Shown here one piece after another: positions 34,354 through 43,197 of a stretch of DNA of 64,000 bases (positions within the stretch are counted from its first letter, which is position 1; the number at the start of each line of letters is the position of its first letter). Under the pieces are notes generated by a model that did no database searches, was not told the origin of the DNA, and saw nothing but the letters and a program-made list of their open reading frames with translations. The position numbers and the translations under genes are program-made. This stretch comes from Escherichia coli (GTDB lineage: Bacteria; Pseudomonadota; Gammaproteobacteria; Enterobacterales; Enterobacteriaceae): assembly GCF_048403405.1 (NCBI RefSeq), contig NZ_CP183129.1; one strand, given 5' to 3'.

Positions 34354-35460
34354 ATGTCTAAAACACGCGATGATTTCAGCTCAAAAACTGTAAGAGCTCT
34401 AGCACTACGGGCTGGTTATAGGTGCTCATTCCCCGGTTGTAATCAGCTTACAGTTGGCCCCAGTGATGAATCCTTAACATCTATCACAAATATTGGGGTA
34501 GCTGCGCACATTCATGCCGCAGCTCCTGGGCCATTAGCAAGACGATATGATCCTAATCAAACACCAGATGAAAGGAAAGATATAAATAATGGCATCTGGA
34601 TGTGTGTTAATCACAGCGTTGAAATTGATAGAGATGAAATTAGATATACAGCAGAAATTCTTAAAGAAATGAAGAAAGCCCACGAAGAAGAGATTAAAAA
34701 AGAGGTGAGCAATGGTTCTTCATCAACCAAACATAATGATTTCATTGCAATAGGTATAGACATTATCGTTTTCGGAGAGCTTACCGGAATCTCAACCAAT
34801 GAGTGGACTATAAAATTTGCAAACTTCTTTACTGGCGATTTATCTAAGTTAATATCTTTCAACGAAAGATTCCACTCCATCCCTACCGAAGAAAAATTTA
34901 TTCTAGTTAATCAACTTGGTGAGGGGCGTTTGTTATCAGCACCAATAAAATTAAATAAATTACCAGATAGCTATGAAGTAATCGTCCCTGTTGAAATAGA
35001 CACTCCGCGCATCAATTGCAATAGCCTCCCAATGGATTTAGATATTTTCACGACAGGCGATTTATTTGTAAATAGTTCTGGTGATATAGCTACGATATCG
35101 GGGTTTGAAGCTTTACCACAAAAAATATATACTTCCCTTTCCACCATTAGAGGTGAGATTTATTCCCATCCAACATTGGGTTCCAGAATAAGACAGTTCT
35201 TCCATGACTTTGAAGGAACAATGTGGCTAGACAAATTAGTTAAATTAGAAGTTATACGCTTATCTTGTATACCAATTTTTGATTCAATCACAAAAAACAA
35301 ATACACTCCATTACATTGTGTAAAAAATGTCAAAAATATTCGGGTGATACCAACTGAATATAAAGATAGCAAATTACCTATTGAGTTCACCCTTGATATT
35401 GAAGGTTTCGGCATCTGGTCCAAAGAAATAAGTGTTTTCTCACCTAAATACGATGAATAA
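34354..35460 (+). CDS. Cargo protein: N-terminal HNH-type nuclease motif fused to a gpW/gp25-like C-terminal region
   Basis: ORF 34318..35460 was trimmed to ATG 34354 (MSKTRDDF, AAAGG 9 nt upstream; 368 aa). The HNH-like pattern is C-x4-C (CSFPGC) ... GVAAHIHAA ... NGIWMCVNHSVEIDRD. The C-terminal FEALPQKIYTSLSTIRGEIYSHPTLGSRIRQFFHD aligns by eye with this phage's own gpW LEHISQSIGDILRTPVGSRVMRRDYGSLLASMID. The gene is AT-rich and antisense to the flanking late genes. Confidence 0.6.
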   Translation: MSKTRDDFSSKTVRALALRAGYRCSFPGCNQLTVGPSDESLTSITNIGVAAHIHAAAPGPLARRYDPNQTPDERKDINNGIWMCVNHSVEIDRDEIRYTAEILKEMKKAHEEEIKKEVSNGSSSTKHNDFIAIGIDIIVFGELTGISTNEWTIKFANFFTGDLSKLISFNERFHSIPTEEKFILVNQLGEGRLLSAPIKLNKLPDSYEVIVPVEIDTPRINCNSLPMDLDIFTTGDLFVNSSGDIATISGFEALPQKIYTSLSTIRGEIYSHPTLGSRIRQFFHDFEGTMWLDKLVKLEVIRLSCIPIFDSITKNKYTPLHCVKNVKNIRVIPTEYKDSKLPIEFTLDIEGFGIWSKEISVFSPKYDE

Positions 35461-35929
35461 AATTGAAGTTCTTGAACCGCTATATTTGGCTCCGGTATTT
35501 ACTCCGTGAGTGGTATCCTAGGGCCCTGTGCGGAGGATTTCATTGTAATGCTCATACGCTGTAGCCAGGTTCATGTTTCTTCAGCAAGGCCATTTGGGCT
35601 AGTGGCCTGCTCCCCATTGCTCCACACAAAAAATTATTCGTTACGTCCGCTCCTGGCACACAGTAGACATCGAGAGACAGCTTCGAGCGATAATCAGAAG
35701 TTCGCAATTGTCATCACCCAAAAGTTGTTTATAACTTGTAGCAAGGTGCATTGTTCAACGTTGAGTTGGTCAAGTTCAGTTAATGATCGGACGATATCTC
35801 ACTCTGCCCAATAGCACATCTGTTTTACGGGAAGTGAGTTTCAACATCACGAGCTTTGTTAGTAAACATCACTTATTTATTAAGAATATGTTTCATAGAA
35901 CAGGGCCGGAGAACTTAATTTCATATTCT

Positions 35930-35954
35930 AAAAAGTGATGCGCAGACATCACTT
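35930..35954 (-). terminator. Rho-independent terminator after the HExxH cargo gene
   Basis: The minus strand reads AAGTGATG-TCTGCG-CATCACTT followed by TTTAG (TTTTT run), 30 nt after the stop at 35984. Confidence 0.65.
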
Positions 35955-35983
35955 TAAACTTTTTAAAGCGCGAAAACCCTACG

Positions 35984-36985
35984 TCAGAATTTGACAGTAG
36001 GAACGGTTGGCCAGATTCTAGCAATAGACTTAAACATAGTCTCCACAATATATTCGAGAACCTCATCATCAGGCTCTTTCATTAATGCTTTTACTTTATT
36101 TATTCTATCCTGAAGTGAAGGGTGAGATTTTGAAAAACCCCAGTTGTTTTTACCTAACATAGTAACGCTGAATAATGCACAGTATATAGAAAGTCTTCTT
36201 TTCCTGCTCACCAACACACGGTCATACATAGACTCTTCACAGTAATTATCTATATGGTCAAGGATGAATTTATTTGCAAACTCATCACATGAGAACTCTT
36301 CATTATGAGCTTGTTCTTGTGTGAATTCATTCATATCATAACTGGTACCTTCCTGCTGATGAATGATATGTCGGACTTCATGCAAAAATGCCCAAGCAGC
36401 AGCAATAATTGCTAATTCAGCTGTTGCTCTTTTAACTGGTTCGATTTTACTGTCAGGCATGGTGCCAGGTTCAGGAATTCCTATTGGTAGTGGTTTTTCA
36501 TCCGGTACCTCATCTTTAGCCGTGTTTTCAAAAGCGCAGATTAACTGTTCAAAGTTTACGAAGTCTGCCGAACTGAAATCAGCAAGTTCTTCCTGTAGCT
36601 CCTCGAGTAAAACATGTAATTCTGACTCGGTTGAGACTAATGATATTTTCTTTGAGTCAAAAAGATCTAAAATAGAATCCCTTTTATCGATAATGTCTTC
36701 AATTTTTTTATTTTGCTCAGTGTTTATTGCTTCGTAGCCCGCCATTGCAGCAAATGTTCCTATCCAGAACGTGCGCAAAACACGATGATTGAAGCGGATA
36801 AATCGATACATCCCCGCATCAAAAATAAATTTACCGTCTGTATGATTATCGCTATGATTTTGGAAGGTCATGTTAAATTTAGACCAGAACTCATCCAGTT
36901 CATTCTGACGCTCTGGAATAGAGGCTAAAAACATTTTTCTTACGCTGTCCTGAACTGTTTTATCTTCATTATGCTCTTCAAACAT
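35984..36985 (-). CDS. Cargo protein with C-terminal ImmA/IrrE-like (HExxH) metallopeptidase motif
   Basis: ORF 35984..37045 (TTG start) was trimmed to ATG 36985 (MFEEHNEDKTV, AGGTGAG 5 nt upstream; 333 aa). The motif FLHEVRHIIHQ followed about 25 residues later by EEFSCDEFANKFIL resembles the HExxH...ExxANxFA signature of COG2856/M78 peptidases. AT-rich. Confidence 0.55.
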   Translation of the reverse strand: MFEEHNEDKTVQDSVRKMFLASIPERQNELDEFWSKFNMTFQNHSDNHTDGKFIFDAGMYRFIRFNHRVLRTFWIGTFAAMAGYEAINTEQNKKIEDIIDKRDSILDLFDSKKISLVSTESELHVLLEELQEELADFSSADFVNFEQLICAFENTAKDEVPDEKPLPIGIPEPGTMPDSKIEPVKRATAELAIIAAAWAFLHEVRHIIHQQEGTSYDMNEFTQEQAHNEEFSCDEFANKFILDHIDNYCEESMYDRVLVSRKRRLSIYCALFSVTMLGKNNWGFSKSHPSLQDRINKVKALMKEPDDEVLEYIVETMFKSIARIWPTVPTVKF

Positions 36986-37248
36986 TTGCTCACCTATATT
37001 GCTGTTAATTTTATCTAATGATGAACCGAGTGGGTTGTTTACCAAGCCTCATGTTACATGTTTTTTGCTTTCCGAATATTTAAGCGTTAGAAGCAAGTAG
37101 GAAAAACGTAGAGCAGTTAACCAAGGCTTTCTACAGGCAGATTAACATAACTTGGTCAGGAATGTCCGCTCTTGGCACATAGCGGACTGTCAGATTAGGC
37201 TTTACTCTGTGCTATAGATATGTAAGCTCACACCAGAGATCATACAAC

Positions 37249-37776
37249 TTATTGCGGCATTTCCGGCCATTCGGGATTTGCAGGATCCACACGACTGACC
37301 AGAACGCTGTAGCGTTCCCATGCTTCCAGTCGGCTGCGTTCCTCATCCGTCGCCATATTCAGCCTGACAGCGCGTTCCAGCGGCAAAATCACGGATTCAG
37401 CTTCGGAAAGTAAAGCTGCCTTTTGTGATTCTGCCTGTTGCTCCTGTTCATCTGCCGTATAAATCCGCTTAATCACGGCACCATCCTTAAACATCCATTT
37501 ACCTGAGTCATCAGCACGTCGGTTGGAGGTAATATCAGGAACCTCGACAACGCTGAAACCTTCAGGGTTAAGCGTTGAAGCATCTCTGGTGATGCCGACA
37601 ATTATATTATTCTCGTCGTAAACAATCTTTATCGTGTCTTCCTGAAAATTACTTACTTCCTCATACCAGTTTTTTCCCTCTTCGGACCATAACCAGATAA
37701 CATCAAAATTTTTTGTCAGTTGATATTGGGCAACAGTTTTTGGATTACCCGCAGTAATATTTTTTAAATGCTGCAT
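37249..37776 (-). CDS. G: Tail fibre assembly chaperone gpG
   Basis: 175-aa [43 protein letters not shown]... Directly downstream of H. P2 G length. Confidence 0.9.
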   Translation of the reverse strand: MQHLKNITAGNPKTVAQYQLTKNFDVIWLWSEEGKNWYEEVSNFQEDTIKIVYDENNIIVGITRDASTLNPEGFSVVEVPDITSNRRADDSGKWMFKDGAVIKRIYTADEQEQQAESQKAALLSEAESVILPLERAVRLNMATDEERSRLEAWERYSVLVSRVDPANPEWPEMPQ

Positions 37777-37779
37777 AAA

Positions 37780-39825
37780 TTACACCTGTGCGACGTTATA
37801 CCATGTGCCATTGATGTATTTTTGTATTGGCCTGAATACTGCGGGGTCATCACCATCGACTTCACCGACAATACCAAGCCCGGTAATTACGTGCCCTGCT
37901 TTCTCATACATCACCCCTTTCTGCATGGTCTGGACAACACGTGTGCCAAGTCTGATATCTCTCACATAGCGGGAATCAAAGTTACCGTAATCCGAGGGAT
38001 TAACACGCCCCGTAATATTTATGGTCTTATTACTTTGAATGCTTCCGGAAACAAAGCGCATAACATGGACGTTATTAGCATAAACATCCAGATTACCATC
38101 GCCATTTTGTTTAAATCCGGTGTCGTTATCACCAAGAACAATAGAGTTCCCACCCAACGCGTTATTCGTGCCAAGTGCCAGCCCGCCATCAATCCTGGCA
38201 CCATTACCAACAGACACAACTCCTGTTCTTAAGTTGATGCCGAATGGCCTTAATGGCCCAATATCTCCATTTTCACCCTCATTTTCTCGTGTAGGAATGA
38301 TATACAGGTTTTCTTCAGAACGGCGAAAAATAGCACCAAAAGATGAATTAAATATCCTCAGCGCATTGACTGTAGATATTTTTACTTCACTGCTGAAAAG
38401 GGCTTTAACAAGAACATACAGAGCATCCCATTTAAGATTCATCAGGTCTTTTGTTGTGGTGCTCTGGCGACTTCTCCATTTGAAATATTCATTGCCGTTA
38501 TCCCCCGTTTCAAACCACATGTATGAATCAGTGTCACCATCGGCATCATTTTTAAATCCAATCTTCGCCCAGTCAGTATTTCGAATCCAGGCAAGGATTG
38601 AGTCGTTTTCAAAAGTAAGTCCACCGGACAAGGTATCGCCATTTTTTTGCACGGCGTTCCCGGCTCGGTTTACCGTTTCCTGTAAACCGAGATATTCGAT
38701 AACGGCGGCAACGGTCGATTTAGCCAGAATATCCCGCCCGACTTTTGTCAGGGTCGCCAGGCTGGCAACATCATTCCCCGTAAAATACGGAAACCTGTCT
38801 GCCGCAGTAGCAAGCCCCGCCAGCGCCGTCAAAGTGGCATCTTTCGGTTGCTTACCCGCAAGCGCATTAGTCATGGTGGTAGCAAAATTCGGGTCATTGC
38901 CCAGCGCCGCCGCCAGCTCGTTCAGCGTATTCAGTGCGTCAGGCGACGAGTCTACAAGGGCGGCAATCGCGGCCATAACGAAAGCCGTGTTTGCGATCTG
39001 AGTATTATTCGTTCCCTGTCGCGCAGTTGGCGTCGTTGGCGTTCCGGTCAGTGCAGGGCTGTTTAATGGCGCTTTCTTGTTCGTTTCATCCATTACCGTC
39101 TTAACGGCTTTTGGTGTTGCGGCGAGCGTTTCAGACGTGCTGTTGGTCGCACTACTGAGCTGGACAAGGCCTTTTCGCGCTATGGTGGCGTCCTGTGCGG
39201 TATATTTCCCGTTAGCAAGGTCATACGCGGCCTTTACCGCTTTCGGCGTTGCGGCCAGTGTTTCAGACGTGCTGTTGGTCGCACTGCTTAACTGAGTAAA
39301 ACCTTTTGCGGTCAGCGAGGCGTCAGGGTGACGTCGTGACTGTTCATGTTCTGCAATTTTGTCATCAACGTAATCCTGCGTTGCCATCACCGTTGTGGTG
39401 TCAATGGTCAGCTCCACTGAGGCCACACTGCTGACGATGATGACCATGCGGCAGGTCTGCGAACGCCCTGAGCCTTCGGCAAGGGCTGGCTTATAACTTT
39501 CGGCCATGTTCGCCACGGCAATTAGCGTTCCCGCATCATCGTACAGGCCAAGTTCACGCATCCAGAAACCGCCCACCTCCGGCGGAATAACCAGCTCTGC
39601 GATAATATAATTACTGTTTCGTTTGTCCTGGCTGATTTTGTTCAGCGCATGTCGCCAGACTTCGTGGATAAGCCCGGTCTGTCCGGCATCCGGGACAGGC
39701 AATTTACCACCGCCATCCCCGACGGCCATCGTGGTAATGTTGACCTTCCGCCCTCCCGGTGCGGTTGCCGCTGCCAGCTTTGCTGCACCGGCAGTGGTGA
39801 TAACGGTTTTGAATTTTGTGCTCAT
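37780..39825 (-). CDS. H: Tail fibre protein gpH
   Basis: 681-aa ORF MSTKFKTVITTAGAAKLAAATAPGGRKVNITTMAVGDGGGKLPVPDAGQTGLIHEVWRHALNKISQD... It has two tandem QLSSATNSTSETLAATPKAVK fibre repeats. Confidence 0.92.
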   Translation of the reverse strand: MSTKFKTVITTAGAAKLAAATAPGGRKVNITTMAVGDGGGKLPVPDAGQTGLIHEVWRHALNKISQDKRNSNYIIAELVIPPEVGGFWMRELGLYDDAGTLIAVANMAESYKPALAEGSGRSQTCRMVIIVSSVASVELTIDTTTVMATQDYVDDKIAEHEQSRRHPDASLTAKGFTQLSSATNSTSETLAATPKAVKAAYDLANGKYTAQDATIARKGLVQLSSATNSTSETLAATPKAVKTVMDETNKKAPLNSPALTGTPTTPTARQGTNNTQIANTAFVMAAIAALVDSSPDALNTLNELAAALGNDPNFATTMTNALAGKQPKDATLTALAGLATAADRFPYFTGNDVASLATLTKVGRDILAKSTVAAVIEYLGLQETVNRAGNAVQKNGDTLSGGLTFENDSILAWIRNTDWAKIGFKNDADGDTDSYMWFETGDNGNEYFKWRSRQSTTTKDLMNLKWDALYVLVKALFSSEVKISTVNALRIFNSSFGAIFRRSEENLYIIPTRENEGENGDIGPLRPFGINLRTGVVSVGNGARIDGGLALGTNNALGGNSIVLGDNDTGFKQNGDGNLDVYANNVHVMRFVSGSIQSNKTINITGRVNPSDYGNFDSRYVRDIRLGTRVVQTMQKGVMYEKAGHVITGLGIVGEVDGDDPAVFRPIQKYINGTWYNVAQV
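39104..39294. repeat. Tandem ~59-nt repeats (period 132 nt) inside H encoding the duplicated fibre motif
   Basis: Copy 1 is 39104..39162 and copy 2 is 39236..39294. They share an identical 26-nt core gtttcagacgtgctgttggtcgcact at 39128..39153 and 39260..39285. Confidence 0.85.
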
Positions 39826-39835
39826 TATTCCTCAC

Positions 39836-40366
39836 TTATCCGGGGTAAACCGTAATTACATCGCCGTCATAAGCCACACCACCGACGAACAGGTAGCCGG
39901 GAATGTCCCGGGTAATGTTCAGGCCAATAAGGTGGCGGCTTGCAGGTTTGGCATCAGCAATCAGCCGTTCCATTTCCTGATACATTGCCTCTGTGATACC
40001 GCTTTCCAGTACACCAATATCAAGCCGGAAGGTGCCGGGCGGGTCACTGGTTTCCCACCACTCCGTCACGTTGATGAGATAGCCCAGCGGCTCCACCACA
40101 CGCCGGATTGCACCTATAGTGCCTTTATGACAGTGGATGAAATAGGCATCGCGAATAACGGCGCGTTTGGTCGCTTCCGGCCACTTTTCATCCCATCTGT
40201 CGACCGAAAACGCCCACGCCAGCCACGGCAGCAGATTTGCCGGGCAGGTGTCCGGGTTCCACAGCTCACGAATACTGACCGGCGTTTTTTCAATTTCCGC
40301 ACAGGCTTTTGCAGCGGCGACTTCAAGCGGTGATGAGCCGGTCGGCAGCAGGCGCGAATCACTCAT
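39836..40366 (-). CDS. I: Baseplate assembly protein gpI
   Basis: 176-aa ORF MSDSRLLPTGSSPLEVAAAKACAEIEKTPVSIRELWNPDTCPANLLPWLAWAFSVD... P2 I. Confidence 0.92.
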   Translation of the reverse strand: MSDSRLLPTGSSPLEVAAAKACAEIEKTPVSIRELWNPDTCPANLLPWLAWAFSVDRWDEKWPEATKRAVIRDAYFIHCHKGTIGAIRRVVEPLGYLINVTEWWETSDPPGTFRLDIGVLESGITEAMYQEMERLIADAKPASRHLIGLNITRDIPGYLFVGGVAYDGDVITVYPG

Positions 40367-41267
40367 CCGAGCCTCCGGTCACGACGCGGTATTCGGTACA
40401 GAAAGACGCCTGCGTACTGTTGAGCACGATGTCGGCCAGCGGTGCAGCCAGTTCGACACGCTGCACGCCTTCCACATGCAAAGCGGCATAAATGGCAGAC
40501 AGTCGGATGTCGCGCCCCAGCCGGTGCTGTGCCGTGATATACGCTTCCAGTTTTTTCACGGCGGCAGCGCGAATGGGTTCGCTTTTGGGGCCAGGGTAAA
40601 GGTAAAGCATGGCATTTATCTGGTATTCAACGATGGCGGCAGACTGCACGGTCACACGGTCGGCCACCGGTCTGACGTCCTCGCCATTCAGGGCGTTGCG
40701 CACCACAGCCAGCAGGTCTTCAGATGCCACACCGTTATTTTCACGTGACAGCACAGAGATGGTGACACAGGCCGGAGACGGACTGGTGACAGAGATATCC
40801 GCGACACGCCCGTCGGCACTGCGACCATGATACTGATAGGCTCCCACCGACCCGGCGACGCTTAAGCCTTCAAACGCCTGCTGAATACGCAGACGATAAT
40901 CGGTGTCAGACTCCATCACTGCCGGTGTCGGCGGGATAGTCGAATCATCTGCCGGGGTGATAGTCAGGCGCGTGGTGTTGTAATTGGCACCAATCACATC
41001 AAGGTCATTACCGGCTGCACAGGCCAGCATCACCGCCCGTGCAGCCTCATTCACACGCTGACGCCAGATAAGCTCGCGATACGCATTTTCCTCCAGCAGT
41101 TTGACGAGAGGCTCGGATTCCAGCGTCAGGGTACGGGCGACCGCCTCCTGCTGGTCTTCCGGGTAAAGGGAAATCAGTGTCGCCTTGCGTTCGGCAAGAA
41201 TGGTTTCAAAGTCCAGCTCCTCGACCACATCCGGTGCGGGTAGCTGGTTCAGGTCGATAATCGGCAT
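40359..41267 (-). CDS. J: Baseplate wedge protein gpJ
   Basis: 302-aa ORF MPIIDLNQLPAPDVVEELDFETILAERKATLISLYPEDQQ... It overlaps the I start by 8 nt. P2 J. Confidence 0.92.
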   Translation of the reverse strand: MPIIDLNQLPAPDVVEELDFETILAERKATLISLYPEDQQEAVARTLTLESEPLVKLLEENAYRELIWRQRVNEAARAVMLACAAGNDLDVIGANYNTTRLTITPADDSTIPPTPAVMESDTDYRLRIQQAFEGLSVAGSVGAYQYHGRSADGRVADISVTSPSPACVTISVLSRENNGVASEDLLAVVRNALNGEDVRPVADRVTVQSAAIVEYQINAMLYLYPGPKSEPIRAAAVKKLEAYITAQHRLGRDIRLSAIYAALHVEGVQRVELAAPLADIVLNSTQASFCTEYRVVTGGSDE

Positions 41268-41271
41268 GGTT

Positions 41272-41619
41272 TCAACTCACAGGGATGGTTAATGAAAGTG
41301 GCTGGCCGGTGTCGTTGTGCTGGCCGGTTAACGTGACCGTCATTCGCCCGTCAAAGCTGCGCGCCGTGGTAACGGATGACAGGGTGACGCGGGGTTCCCA
41401 TTTCAGCACCGCCATGTAACAGGCGACCTTAATCTGCAACTCAAGCGCCGGGGTCTGCGGCTGGTCAATCATTGACGCCAGCAACGAGCCGTAATCACGA
41501 CGCATCACCCGTGAGCCGACCGGCGTGCGCAGGATATCGCCGATACTCTGGCTGATATGCTCAAGGTCAGTGACAGTCAGGCCATCACTGCGATTCATTC
41601 CGAGATAACGCGCTGTCAT
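41272..41619 (-). CDS. W: Baseplate wedge protein gpW (gp25-like)
   Basis: 115-aa ORF MTARYLGMNRSDGLTVTDLEHISQSIGDILRTPVGSRVMRRDYGS... P2 W. Confidence 0.92.
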   Translation of the reverse strand: MTARYLGMNRSDGLTVTDLEHISQSIGDILRTPVGSRVMRRDYGSLLASMIDQPQTPALELQIKVACYMAVLKWEPRVTLSSVTTARSFDGRMTVTLTGQHNDTGQPLSLTIPVS

Positions 41620-42257
41620 TTTGTCCCCTGCGTCCAGTTGTCACCTGACTTAACACCACCGTGACCGTGGTCATCCACCTGAACGCCGTTAGAAGTGAAT
41701 TTCCCGTCGGTATGCTCGATGTTGCCGTGCATCTTCCCGCCCTTCTGCACTTCCAGCGTGCCGGTAATCAGCCTGTTGGTGCAGACCACCTCCGGTGTGT
41801 CCAGGGTGACGCGGGTTGATGCTTTCACCATGACCACCGGCACCGTGGCAGTAACAGAATCAGAAGCCGTCACGCTGGCTGTTTTAATTCCGCTTACCGT
41901 GAGTGCACTGGTTTCGGGTTCATATTCAATCACCGCCCCGTCAGGGAAACGGATATGCAGGGCATCCGCCGACGCAGACGGCGCGGGGTTATCGCCGGAA
42001 TAAATCCCCGGCAGAACGAACGCCGTGTCGAGTTCACCGCCCACGGCCAGAATCAGCACCTGCTCCCCCACGGAAGGTGCCCACCATGTGCGCGAACGAC
42101 CGGCACGATGGGTCAGCCACTGAAGCCAGTCAGTGCACATGCCGCCGGTCTGCACACGGCAGCGACCGGCGTTAAGGTCGGTTTCGACGATAATGCCGGT
42201 GCGAATCATGTTGCGCAGTGCGCGCGCGAGTTCCTGAATATTTGCGAGAGTGTTCAT
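41616..42257 (-). CDS. V: Baseplate central spike protein gpV
   Basis: ORF 41616..42275 was trimmed to MNTLANIQELARALRNMIRTGIIVETDLNAGRCRVQTGG (213 aa). P2 V. Confidence 0.9.
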   Translation of the reverse strand: MNTLANIQELARALRNMIRTGIIVETDLNAGRCRVQTGGMCTDWLQWLTHRAGRSRTWWAPSVGEQVLILAVGGELDTAFVLPGIYSGDNPAPSASADALHIRFPDGAVIEYEPETSALTVSGIKTASVTASDSVTATVPVVMVKASTRVTLDTPEVVCTNRLITGTLEVQKGGKMHGNIEHTDGKFTSNGVQVDDHGHGGVKSGDNWTQGTK

Positions 42258-42304
42258 GCATGTGAGATTGCACAATATATAAAAGTTATGCTATCTGGAT
42301 TCAT

Positions 42305-42325
42305 TTGTAGAACTACCAGACAACA
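42305..42325 (-). promoter_or_regulatory. Candidate Ogr-responsive element of late promoter PV
   Basis: The minus strand reads TGTTGTCTGGTAGTTCTACAA, about 60 nt upstream of the V ATG. Same TGTTGT-N12-CAA/CCA pattern as the PF and PO candidates. Confidence 0.4.
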
Positions 42326-42340
42326 TTCAAGGAGAGCGTA

Positions 42341-43126
42341 ATGGTCAGCTATAATGTGACTAATGTGTGGGGGCTAATCGTTTTTTTCCTTTGTAGCTTT
42401 GCAGTATTAGCATTTTTTAGCTTTGGTAAAAGTAACCTTATGAGGCTTATTGCACATTATTTCAATTTTGGATATTCAGACAAAAAATTAAAAAGACTTG
42501 ACCGCGAGTGGCGCGACATTCAACTATTTAAAATAATTAATGGAATCAATGTATCAGGCATTGAAAATGTGAGAATGATACAGCAGGGACTGATTGATGG
42601 AAAACTAAAAACATCGTATTTTTTCCTTACTCGCATCTGGGGTGACATAACAAAACCACCACACATAATTAAAACAATAATTGTAATTCTGGCCAGTATT
42701 TTTTACATTCTCCTCGCATGTTACATACACAACGAACAATCCGTTATAGTAAGGGATGCCATAGGCATACCATATAAAAACATGATGTACTATGTTTATA
42801 GTGACAAAGTTCTTTTATCCTTCAAAAATAAAGCAGTTGAATTTAATAAAACTTATAGCCTTGCCGATTGCAAGAGACTGCAAAACGTATTTATAAAAGA
42901 CACACTTCCTGAGATCGCCTGCAATAAGCTCTTACAGCTAAACGAGGAGGACTCCGAATGGTTAAGCCAGGAGATTAAAGATAATAACAGTCACAAAAAA
43001 GCATTATTAATACTATCCCTCGTCTATTTCACTTCAGGTCTGGTTATATTCCTGTCATATACAAAATTCTTTTACGCCAATAAGAAGGTTTTAGAATACA
43101 AAGCATCAAATAAAAATCACTCATAA
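42341..43126 (+). CDS. AT-rich cargo membrane protein (3 predicted TM segments) at the P2 orf30 position
   Basis: 261-aa ORF with a strong SD (AAGGAG 6 nt upstream). Hydrophobic segments are VWGLIVFFLCSFAVLAFFSF, IIKTIIVILASIFYILLACYI and ALLILSLVYFTSGLVIFLSY. It is antisense to the flanking late genes S and V. Confidence 0.6.
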   Translation: MVSYNVTNVWGLIVFFLCSFAVLAFFSFGKSNLMRLIAHYFNFGYSDKKLKRLDREWRDIQLFKIINGINVSGIENVRMIQQGLIDGKLKTSYFFLTRIWGDITKPPHIIKTIIVILASIFYILLACYIHNEQSVIVRDAIGIPYKNMMYYVYSDKVLLSFKNKAVEFNKTYSLADCKRLQNVFIKDTLPEIACNKLLQLNEEDSEWLSQEIKDNNSHKKALLILSLVYFTSGLVIFLSYTKFFYANKKVLEYKASNKNHS

Positions 43127-43197
43127 ACCTCTAAACATTGAGCGACCAGCATGGCCGCTCAATGTTTAATTGCGCATCAGCCTCTGCCTGGATAAAA

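Noticed and set aside
35506-35814. 102-aa ORF in the spacer between the Z/fun cargo genes
   Set aside because: It has no SD, an odd Ser/Cys/His-rich composition, and no motif. I treated the region as non-coding; see the spacer finding.
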